A stretch of 64,000 bases of DNA from a virus (Duplodnaviria; Caudoviricetes). The stretch lies in IMG/VR virus record IMGVR_UViG_3300020207_000022, positions 1,834 to 65,833 of that record; one strand, written 5' to 3'. The notes beneath the pieces were generated by a model. That model was not told the DNA's origin, made no database searches, and was given only the letters and a program-made list of their open reading frames with translations. The position numbers and the translations under genes are program-made. Positions within the stretch are counted from its first letter, which is position 1. The number at the start of each line of letters is the position of its first letter. Of the stretch, positions 56,438-64,000 are shown in pieces.

Positions 56438-57458
56438 CGTTGTGGTCCACGTTTAGTTTATACTTGCGCTCAATATACACGTTAAATGCGTCATTGGCAA
56501 CAAGTTTCTCAAAGAATGCGTCATCTTGTTCGATGTCTTTTAGTCGACGACGAGGTTCGATAACTTCTCCTGTGTCCAAATCAACAAGGTTATACCAACC
56601 CTGTGTCGACTTGGAAATAAACCCAGCTTCCAGTGCGAGGTCAAATAGTGCTGACCACTTCTGAATACCACTTTCGTAAAGAACTGTGAAAGGTAACTTT
56701 GACTTCTCTTTTACGAAACGTGACTTTTCGATGTTGATTGTGAACTTGAATCCTGCGAGATCTGTACCATCCTTCTCTTGTGATTTGGTAATGATAAAAA
56801 TCTGATTTGCAGAATAGTAGATCCCTGTACCACCTGATACGACAGCCTTAGGGAACATACCGATCTCTTGGTACACGTGATTGATTGCAATCAAAGGAAT
56901 ATTTTTTGCAGTCAACTTTGGTGTAACAATACGGAAGAGAGACTTCAATGCTTTTGCACGAGACATGTCAGCGACTGCTTTCTCGTTCATCGCATCTTCA
57001 ACTTCTTTCTTCGATGCAAGGTTACCTACAGAGTCAATCATGATGAACACGTTGTCATCTTTCTCAATCTGTTCCAACCTTTTGGTGATGTCAAACTTAA
57101 GTTGTTCAACATCTTCAACAGGGATGTGGATCACACGATCCGTATCAATGTTGTAACTTTCTAGATACTCTGGTGTGATACCATACTCAGAGTCGTACAA
57201 CAGCGCAACACCGTCTTCATACTTATCTAGATATGCCTTCATGCAGTACAGTGACAGCAAAGTCTTAAACGACTTTGACTGTCCTGCAACTACAGTAAGG
57301 CCTGGGATTAGTCCACCCTTCAGCGATCCACTAAACGCAATATTAACAATAGGAAGTTCCGTTTGAATAGGATTCTTCTCTTCGAAAAAACTGGATTTAG
57401 AGAGAACTGAGGAAGACTTCACTGCTCCTGCTTTGAGCATTTTGTCTAAGAGACTCAT
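56397..57458 (-). CDS. uvsX: RecA-like recombinase
   Basis: AGQSKSFKT, YDSEYG, DSVGNLAS, DMSRAK, SGGTG. Confidence 0.95.
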   Translation of the reverse strand: MSLLDKMLKAGAVKSSSVLSKSSFFEEKNPIQTELPIVNIAFSGSLKGGLIPGLTVVAGQSKSFKTLLSLYCMKAYLDKYEDGVALLYDSEYGITPEYLESYNIDTDRVIHIPVEDVEQLKFDITKRLEQIEKDDNVFIMIDSVGNLASKKEVEDAMNEKAVADMSRAKALKSLFRIVTPKLTAKNIPLIAINHVYQEIGMFPKAVVSGGTGIYYSANQIFIITKSQEKDGTDLAGFKFTINIEKSRFVKEKSKLPFTVLYESGIQKWSALFDLALEAGFISKSTQGWYNLVDLDTGEVIEPRRRLKDIEQDDAFFEKLVANDAFNVYIERKYKLNVDHNDDRTDDLIESTSE

Positions 57459-57461
57459 AGT

Positions 57462-57776
57462 CTATTCCCCTTCTGCGATTACTCTCAACTTGTCTTTGTA
57501 ATTTTGGATTTTCTCTACACGATCAGGCCAGAAGATTGTACTCTTTTCTGGTGACTTACACAGATTGTCAAGAAATGGAACAACCGAATGAAACAGTTTT
57601 TCCAGCCTTGCTTCCAATGCAATCTTCTCATTCATGAGATCACTGAGTTGTCCTTCGAGATCTTCTGCAGCAGCTTGAGTAGCTACTGCAGTTTCTTTTA
57701 CTGCTTCAATTTCATCATCGATGAAACTAAAACCAAAGTCGAAATCGATTACATCTGTTGTCGATTTAGTACTCAT
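57462..57776 (-). CDS. conserved hypothetical protein
   Basis: FDFGF, P.L.NL...PEK..I.WP.R. Confidence 0.75.
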   Translation of the reverse strand: MSTKSTTDVIDFDFGFSFIDDEIEAVKETAVATQAAAEDLEGQLSDLMNEKIALEARLEKLFHSVVPFLDNLCKSPEKSTIFWPDRVEKIQNYKDKLRVIAEGE

Positions 57777-57782
57777 ACCGTC

Positions 57783-58727
57783 TTAACCTTTTGCAAGTTC
57801 CTTGAAGATTGATAGATCATCATCGTCATCATCTACTGTAGATGAAGAACCTGTAGGAGCGGGTTCAAAAGGGATTGAGTCCTCTTCGACTGCAGGTGCA
57901 GTCTTCGCAAATGAAGGTGTGGCGGATAGATCTAGACCGTCATCTTCATCATCATATGCACTAGGAGCAGATGGACCTGCATCTTCACCAAGATCTAACA
58001 CTCTATATAGTTTGGTTTTCAACTCCGCATAGGACTTGAAGTTCTTCGGATCAAGAAGTTCCTGTAGAGAATGTTCTTGGTTGTAGATGGTTTCCAATTC
58101 TGAATCATCATCAGACAATGGTGAAGGCGCATCGAACTCTGACTTATCATAGTTTGGGTAACCTTCGAACTGACGGATCTTCAGACGGAAGTTTGCACCT
58201 TCCCACAGATCAAATGGGTTTACAGGTGTCTCATCTTCGAACTGAGGATTCATTAGATCGTTCAGTTTGTCGAAGATTTTCTTACCGAACTGGTAAAGGA
58301 ATACTTTACCTTCGTTCTCTGGATTCGCTGCATCCTTGATTACTTGGATGTTTGCGACATACTTCAGGCGGCGTTTCTGTTTACGTGCCTGTTCCTTATC
58401 TGAGTCAATACCAGAATTCCACAGTTTAGAGTTATACTCTGACACTGGGTCATCTTGGTTAAGAGTCGTCAAAGAGTTTTCGATATACCACTGACCAGAT
58501 GGTCCTTGGAAACCGTGATCCCAAATACGCACGAAAGGCATCTCTTCACCCGCAGGCGCAGGCAAGAAACGAATGATTGCAAACCCATTGCCCGCTTTAT
58601 CACGAGTAGGTTTCCAGAACTTTCCTTCGTTCGGATCTGAGTAAGATTTTTGGGAAATTTTATCCAGTTGTGCATTTAGTTTATCAAGTGATGCAGAACG
58701 AGATTTTTTAAGAGCTGCGAATGACAT
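57783..58727 (-). CDS. single-stranded DNA-binding protein gp32
   Basis: GNGFAIIRFLP, HGFQG..G.WYIENS, NPFD.WEGANF.LK, acidic tail. Confidence 0.95.
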   Translation of the reverse strand: MSFAALKKSRSASLDKLNAQLDKISQKSYSDPNEGKFWKPTRDKAGNGFAIIRFLPAPAGEEMPFVRIWDHGFQGPSGQWYIENSLTTLNQDDPVSEYNSKLWNSGIDSDKEQARKQKRRLKYVANIQVIKDAANPENEGKVFLYQFGKKIFDKLNDLMNPQFEDETPVNPFDLWEGANFRLKIRQFEGYPNYDKSEFDAPSPLSDDDSELETIYNQEHSLQELLDPKNFKSYAELKTKLYRVLDLGEDAGPSAPSAYDDEDDGLDLSATPSFAKTAPAVEEDSIPFEPAPTGSSSTVDDDDDDLSIFKELAKG

Positions 58728-58739
58728 ATGTTTGTCTCC

Positions 58740-58778
58740 TTTATATTGCAGTGTATTACGTTGTATAGCGTTGTGTTA
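58740..58778 (-). promoter_or_regulatory. gp32 leader: A/C-rich short repeats (candidate autogenous operator)
   Basis: ACACAACG-CT-ATACAACG-TA-ATACACTG before AAGGAG. Confidence 0.5.
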
Positions 58779-59378
58779 GATATCAAAGTGGTCCTTGACA
58801 TAAGTCTTGTACCGTTTCATGTCCAACATCAGGAAAGGAAAATACTTTCTTGAGTGTTGTATTATATCAGAAGCCACGAATTTGTCAAGTAGATTCTGCT
58901 CCCAATATGTAAAAATATTTGCAATGTGTATTAGTATTGCAAATGTTTCCAGACTTATTTTCTTCTGTAGATACAGAGTCAATACGACTGGGTGTTGACC
59001 ATCGGTTACGAAGTTTGACTTCCAATCATCGTTAAGATGCTTTAAATCAGACTTGAAGTGATAACCCAACGAGTCAATCTTTTTCTTCCATTCGACATAC
59101 AGAAAGTCGTCCTCTGCGATATCTCGAATCCATGCGTTTGGGTTCTTGACTAAGTTTGCAAGAAGAACGTTTTCGTAGTCCTCATGTTTAGCGAGTTTTG
59201 CAAAGTAAAATGCATCGTTGCGACTTTTGAATGCGTCGAAGGATGCTCTTACCTTACCCCTATATTTATGAAAATCGTAACTTGGCGAAGTAAAATGTTT
59301 CTTCATTGCGAGGTATTTTATGTACGCCTCATACGACTTATCATTCACATAACTCGGTAATGTCCTGTTGTTCATCAT
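58776..59378 (-). CDS. helicase loader gp59
   Basis: Y..YLA.K.HF....YDF.KY.GK, R.D..YF.KL, ISLET. Confidence 0.88.
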   Translation of the reverse strand: MMNNRTLPSYVNDKSYEAYIKYLAMKKHFTSPSYDFHKYRGKVRASFDAFKSRNDAFYFAKLAKHEDYENVLLANLVKNPNAWIRDIAEDDFLYVEWKKKIDSLGYHFKSDLKHLNDDWKSNFVTDGQHPVVLTLYLQKKISLETFAILIHIANIFTYWEQNLLDKFVASDIIQHSRKYFPFLMLDMKRYKTYVKDHFDI

Positions 59379-59592
59379 TTCGTTTTACCATCTTCAAACC
59401 GACTGCTTCTCTTCTTATTTTTTCTTTCAAAATAGACGACTTTTTGATGACATCTGCGACTGATTCGATTTCCAAATTATGTTTATCTGCATAACTAATT
59501 AGTGCCTCGATATAAGGCACACCATTTGCAATTAAATCTGCAATGGCGAGGTGAATTTTTTCTGGTGTAAGTGACACCACATTATCTTTCAT
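59341..59592 (-). CDS. late transcription co-activator gp33
   Basis: YIEAL..Y.....LE.ESVA..I....LKEKI..EA; synteny with gp59-gp32. Confidence 0.8.
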   Translation of the reverse strand: MKDNVVSLTPEKIHLAIADLIANGVPYIEALISYADKHNLEIESVADVIKKSSILKEKIRREAVGLKMVKRNDEQQDITELCE

Positions 59593-60269
59593 TAATCTTC
59601 TATCTCCTGAAATAATATGTTATTCACATAATAATCTTTGTCTTCCTCACTAATACCCATAGCAAGGATACTATTGTGCAACTGATGATTCTTTTTTTGG
59701 TTTATACAATACTTGTTGAGTAGATCCCTAGTAGGGAAATCAACCTGCACTGCTTGGTGATTCATATTATCCATATAATAACATATTAATTCAGAAGTTG
59801 CAAGCAAAAATTTATCAGTTTCTTCTTCTCTTACATTACCCACAGCCATCATGTGATCACTGAAGATCTCTTTAGCCCAGTCTGGAAGTTCACGAGGTTT
59901 CTTCCAAGTAAACTTTTGTGTCTCTTCATTGAAATGTTTACACATAACGTGATCATCATGAACGACAGGAGAGAAGTCAAAAAATGCACCGCTGATTTTG
60001 TTTGGTCCTGCAACAATGTCACATCCAAGGATAGGAAGATCCCATCCAGATTTTGGGAAGACATTTAAGTGCAGTAACCACAATCGTCGTTCTTCTAGCA
60101 AGTCAATTGTTTTCAAATGACATTTTTCGATGAGATCTGATTTCCAAAAATCGTCTTTCCATCCATCAAACTCTTGGACGTGTAGAGGATTTTCATACGA
60201 AATTAAGTGTTCATCGAATATACTACTTATGTTCTCAGCGAATTCTTTCAGTTTATCCTTGTGGTTCAT
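59592..60269 (-). CDS. ferredoxin-dependent bilin reductase (PcyX/PcyA-like)
   Basis: LH.NVFP....LPI.G.DIV.G..KISGAF.DFSP, RELPDWA..IFS, YC.NQK.N. Confidence 0.85.
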   Translation of the reverse strand: MNHKDKLKEFAENISSIFDEHLISYENPLHVQEFDGWKDDFWKSDLIEKCHLKTIDLLEERRLWLLHLNVFPKSGWDLPILGCDIVAGPNKISGAFFDFSPVVHDDHVMCKHFNEETQKFTWKKPRELPDWAKEIFSDHMMAVGNVREEETDKFLLATSELICYYMDNMNHQAVQVDFPTRDLLNKYCINQKKNHQLHNSILAMGISEEDKDYYVNNILFQEIED

Positions 60270-60795
60270 TACTCAACTCTTCAAAAGAACGAAATGCGAA
60301 ATCAAAACAAATTCTTGCTTCATCTGCCATAGAGTCATCAAGTAACGAACGAAGACCCTTGATCAATTCATAACGATGTTCGAAATCGTAGTACTTACCA
60401 CTGCCTGGCACCTTCTTCTTAATCATTTGACCGCCATGTAGGTCACCAAAGTGACGTACATATAAGTGTGCAAGAAGTTTATGATTATCGTTTTTAATTC
60501 CTTCAATGTAACCTACGTATTCGACAGTAGTATCTAACGCCTTTTCGATAGGAGAAAGGTTATACTCTTTCATCAGTTCTTGCATATCTTGAAAGATTGC
60601 GTCTGCACGGAACACACCACGCCATGGTTCTGGCAGATCCACCGCTCCTTCTAATGCACCATAACAGATCATCTGATTGAAAAGATACTTTTGATAATCT
60701 TTAGGTTCGATATCTCCACTCATAAGCAAAGATGCAAATGGTGACTGTTCTGCTCTTTCGTGATGTTCCCATGTAAGTTCTTTTAGATTACTCAT
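60253..60795 (-). CDS. hemO: heme oxygenase
   Basis: LKE.T...H..AE proximal His, HLYVRHFGDLHGGQMI, EA..CF. Confidence 0.9.
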   Translation of the reverse strand: MSNLKELTWEHHERAEQSPFASLLMSGDIEPKDYQKYLFNQMICYGALEGAVDLPEPWRGVFRADAIFQDMQELMKEYNLSPIEKALDTTVEYVGYIEGIKNDNHKLLAHLYVRHFGDLHGGQMIKKKVPGSGKYYDFEHRYELIKGLRSLLDDSMADEARICFDFAFRSFEELSNEPQG

Positions 60796-61459
60796 TTGGT
60801 TCCTTTCTGTGAGGTATCATTCCAAAAATGAAATATCTTATACCTCTTTCTTCTCCTATTTCCATTTCCTTTAAAATTTTTGCCTCCATAGGCATTTGCA
60901 ATTTAAATTCTTTCATGGACGAAACGCAGTTTATATGACCTTCTATATCCAACATGTTATTCGATTGACATGCAATCCAAATGTTTCTTGGATTTTGTTT
61001 GTATTTTGGATTCAAATGCTGTAGGTGCATAATGTCAATCATATCATCCATGTGTTCACAGGAAGTGTTTATAACTAACAAATCGTTTGCGTCTTGTAAT
61101 GTTTTAACTCTCTGTTTAGATAAATCTTGTTTACTAAAAATAACATTGTCATATTTGTGTAACTGTGTAGCAATGTGTCCCGCCTCTTCATCGATATCAA
61201 AACATATGATGTCCTTTACAAGCGGAGCCAACACAGGAACCAAAATAGAACCAAACCAAGATCCTATAATTGTTACTGACAAATCTTTAGATAGTATACC
61301 ACTTTCTAACACAGTTGTCAAGAGTTCTTTTTTCGAAATAAATTGATTAGGGCTAACAGAGTCCCACAATTCAGTCGCTTTTTCTGGGAACCTCTGAGAT
61401 ATATGAACGATTCTGTTCATGTAGTCGATATCAATAGTGTTATTGTATAAGTCAATCAT
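60788..61459 (-). CDS. class I SAM methyltransferase-like protein
   Basis: IGSWFG, FDID, INTSCEH, QSN; start MIDLYN. Confidence 0.65.
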   Translation of the reverse strand: MIDLYNNTIDIDYMNRIVHISQRFPEKATELWDSVSPNQFISKKELLTTVLESGILSKDLSVTIIGSWFGSILVPVLAPLVKDIICFDIDEEAGHIATQLHKYDNVIFSKQDLSKQRVKTLQDANDLLVINTSCEHMDDMIDIMHLQHLNPKYKQNPRNIWIACQSNNMLDIEGHINCVSSMKEFKLQMPMEAKILKEMEIGEERGIRYFIFGMIPHRKEPNE

Positions 61460-63078
61460 TTTACTACAACATAATCTTCTATAACCAAAATGTCTAAACC
61501 AACTCTGTTGAATGTAGCGAGCGCTTCTTCTGGGGTTTCTACAATTGGTTCTTGACAATTGAAACTCGTATTTAAAAGCATAGGGACGCCTGTCTCTTCT
61601 TTGAACGCATTGATGACGTTCCAATATTTTTCATTGAATGATTTTTCTACTGTCTGAATACGTGCAGTTCCGTCAACATGCGTCACGCCTGGTATTACAG
61701 ATCTTTTATCTTCCTTCACAGGCATGATACGTGACATGTAAGGTGAGGGTTGGTTTGTATCAAACCACTCTTGATAATCCTCAATCAAGACTGAAGGAGC
61801 GAATGGTCTAAAGTCTTCTCTGAGTTTGATCTTCTCGTTGATGATGCCCTTGATATCTGGGTTTCTGGGATCCGCAAGGATCGAACGATTTCCTAGTGCA
61901 CGATTTCCACTTTCAGATCTACCTTGATACCATCCAACGATAGATCCACCAGCAATTTGTTTTGCAATAAATGGATATATGTCATCCATATTCATTTTCT
62001 TGTATTTCATACCAACAAAAATCTCTTCTTTCACTTCATGTTCAATGCCAGCATACACTTTTGGAATATGCACATTATTATTTATGACATAGTCTGCCAT
62101 CATATAAATCCCAACGGATTGTCCCTCATCTCCTACTGCAGGCGGCACAAAAACATTGTCATATATCTTAGTCAACATCTCGTTCATGTAACCATTGTAA
62201 GCTACACCACCACTCACACAAATGTTTTTTGATGTCTTACGTTTTGTTACGAGATCCTCAACAACATCGTCATTTAATTTTTGCATAGTCGCTGACATGT
62301 TTTGAGGGGGTACAAATCTTTCTTGTGCATACTTGATGATCTTGTGTTCGTGATCAGGAAGATTGCGGTGTGATGTACCATCTTTAAGAATTTCATGCAA
62401 AAGTTCATATAAACCCCAATGCACTTTACCATAACCCGCAAGACCCATTACTTTGCCTGTTTCATTGTCCTGCCATATTCTACCACCTGATGTCATAACA
62501 TACCCCACTGCAGTAGTGCAAGCAATCCAAGTTCTACCAAGATTAAAGAACGGTGTTAGGTTGGTAATGTTTTGATCTGAATCGCACCAAAAACTAGTAA
62601 ACAATGCGGCGCCACCATCTACAGCTAAGATATCACACTCTTCAAATCCACTCTGAAGATATGCATAAATTGCATGTGATTGGTGATGATCCGCATAAAA
62701 GATTTTATCCTTATGGTAATAGTCAAATAATTTTTTGGGTTCAAATCTCCATATAGTATTGAAGTGATCTGCAAATTCTGGATATACAAATCTATCTTCT
62801 CTTCTAGGCATGGTAAACGCATAGATTTCATATTGATTATGAAAAGACTGAAATACCTGTTCGTATATCTCTTCCTGCGTATCAAGGTAAAGAGTTTTTT
62901 TTCTTGTACACAAACCCGAAACAGTTTGTTTGTAACCGCTCTTTCTTCGGTTACCTTTTATTCTAGTATGTCTTTCTGCCTGCCAGTGAATATCGCCGTC
63001 ATACCAAGACTGGTCATGCATCGTTCCCGCTGCACCTATAATCGATCTTTGTACAGGTCTACCAATAACACTTACCAT
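61456..63078 (-). CDS. carbamoyltransferase (CmcH/NodU/TobZ family), full length
   Basis: HHxxH, DGG, GKVMGLAGYG, SGGVAYN, GRSESGNRALGNRS, RPFAP, HVDGTARIQ, LNTSFN. Confidence 0.92.
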   Translation of the reverse strand: MVSVIGRPVQRSIIGAAGTMHDQSWYDGDIHWQAERHTRIKGNRRKSGYKQTVSGLCTRKKTLYLDTQEEIYEQVFQSFHNQYEIYAFTMPRREDRFVYPEFADHFNTIWRFEPKKLFDYYHKDKIFYADHHQSHAIYAYLQSGFEECDILAVDGGAALFTSFWCDSDQNITNLTPFFNLGRTWIACTTAVGYVMTSGGRIWQDNETGKVMGLAGYGKVHWGLYELLHEILKDGTSHRNLPDHEHKIIKYAQERFVPPQNMSATMQKLNDDVVEDLVTKRKTSKNICVSGGVAYNGYMNEMLTKIYDNVFVPPAVGDEGQSVGIYMMADYVINNNVHIPKVYAGIEHEVKEEIFVGMKYKKMNMDDIYPFIAKQIAGGSIVGWYQGRSESGNRALGNRSILADPRNPDIKGIINEKIKLREDFRPFAPSVLIEDYQEWFDTNQPSPYMSRIMPVKEDKRSVIPGVTHVDGTARIQTVEKSFNEKYWNVINAFKEETGVPMLLNTSFNCQEPIVETPEEALATFNRVGLDILVIEDYVVVK

Positions 63079-64000
63079 TGATCTAGATCTTTAAACAACT
63101 CTTCTGTGACTTCCCAATCCTTACCCGCATACACAGGGGGACTAGTTACGTTTTTATTTAAAACATAATCACAGTGCATATAAAGACCTATAGATTGACC
63201 TTCGTCGCCAGGCGCATTGGGGACATGAACATTTTCCCAATGTTTCGTAAACTCTTCATTTAAATAACCATTATAAGTTACACCACCCGCAACACAAAGA
63301 TTGTTGGATGTCTTTAATGGTAAAATTATTTCTAAAACTTTTTCGTTGGTAAATTTTTGAAGGGTAAACGCCATGTCTTCTTTCCAAGTTTTATTTTCAG
63401 TAAACTTGTCAAAGTACCCCTCTTGTGGCCAGTACTTACCACCTCTCATTTGAAACTCTTCAAACATAAGATGAAAGATTTCTTCCCATCTATGTGAGTG
63501 TTTTCCATAACCTGCAAGGCCCATCAACTTGCCTTCGTTAAGAACACTAAATCCTGCAAGTCGTGTCATCACATTCCACAACCAACCAATAGGTAAGTCA
63601 TCACTTAGATCAATTATTTCTTGTGTGTCTGATGGAATGAAAACCGCTCTAAAAACATTGCCTTGTCCATCAATCACAAAGATGTCTGATTCTTCATATC
63701 CAGACATTAAGAATGTGTGTGCAGCATGACACTGATGATGATCTGCATAATAGACATTGTCGAACTGTAGTGCGTCCCACAAGTGTTTCGGTGTGTAAGT
63801 ATCCGTATCTACACCAAAGTCTCCTAGTTTTTCGAAGTACCTATCTCTTCCATAAAGTTTAACGCCATTGACCGAAATGTTGGTTGCAAAGACAACATCC
63901 TTGTTGTCAACGTTTTCATCCCACAGATCATTATACATGTTTTGAAAAGGAGTTTGTTCGTTTATAACTTTCTGATCAAGATCTTTATACCAACGTCTTT
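63072..64000 (-). CDS. carbamoyltransferase N-terminal (Kae1-like) domain only; 5' end outside the window
   Basis: HHQCHA, DGxG, GKLMGLAGYG, AGGVxYN, PGDEG; frame stays open to the window edge. Confidence 0.85.
   Translation of the reverse strand, partial: RRWYKDLDQKVINEQTPFQNMYNDLWDENVDNKDVVFATNISVNGVKLYGRDRYFEKLGDFGVDTDTYTPKHLWDALQFDNVYYADHHQCHAAHTFLMSGYEESDIFVIDGQGNVFRAVFIPSDTQEIIDLSDDLPIGWLWNVMTRLAGFSVLNEGKLMGLAGYGKHSHRWEEIFHLMFEEFQMRGGKYWPQEGYFDKFTENKTWKEDMAFTLQKFTNEKVLEIILPLKTSNNLCVAGGVTYNGYLNEEFTKHWENVHVPNAPGDEGQSIGLYMHCDYVLNKNVTSPPVYAGKDWEVTEELFKDLDQW

Noticed and set aside
63072-63078. Programmed frameshift fusing the two carbamoyltransferase ORFs
   Set aside because: No slippery sequence is evident, and the downstream ORF has its own complete N-domain; ordinary start/stop overlap
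5511-64000. Numerous plus-strand ORFs (e.g. 11225-11854, 22009-22650, 46565-47194, 43803-44369)
   Set aside because: They lie antisense to well-supported minus-strand genes and lack RBSs or motifs; treated as shadow ORFs
1-64000. CRISPR array, integrase, transposase or reverse transcriptase/DGR
   Set aside because: No regularly spaced repeat-spacer array and no such catalytic motifs were seen; fibre repeats are in-frame protein repeats
1-64000. Stop-codon reassignment suggested by the odd tRNA
   Set aside because: TAA, TAG and TGA all end genes at expected positions, and the anticodon is CCA, not a suppressor

Overview
This is a 64-kb segment of a large T4-like (myovirus-type) dsDNA phage, probably marine. 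The host is probably an alphaproteobacterium, inferred from the Shemin-pathway hemA and the hemO plus pcyX-like pair. Almost all genes lie on the minus strand. They include T4-type replication and recombination genes (gp33, gp59, gp32, uvsX, gp41, gp61 primase, RNase H, RuvC-like, exonuclease), nucleotide metabolism genes (nrdA, nrdB, two glutaredoxins, thyX, dNMP kinase, HAD nucleotidase, phoH) and tetrapyrrole genes (hemA-ybaN, hemO, FDBR). Also present are three glycan/modification clusters, a spanin pair, PAAR, a 1703-aa fibre, and two tRNAs. Many sigma70-type early promoters and TAAATA late promoters are readable directly. Four features stand out. (1) The only plus-strand island (905-5349) is a late-promoter operon of Sec-exported, Cys-containing proteins with a pilin-like subunit and a chaperone-like protein, followed by a lipase. 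(2) A late cluster of proteins carries T4-style capsid-targeting N-termini, including 1109-aa and 540-aa beads-on-a-string proteins whose modules are separated by gp21-type (I/L/M/V)-x-E sites. These lie next to ligase-like, kinase, HIGH-nucleotidyltransferase and nuclease-like genes. (3) A 3'-UTR hairpin presents a 20-nt pyrimidine-only loop complementary to the phage's early-gene leaders. (4) A tRNA with a CCA anticodon sits on a long-variable-arm scaffold. All family assignments come from motif recognition by eye; no searches were run.
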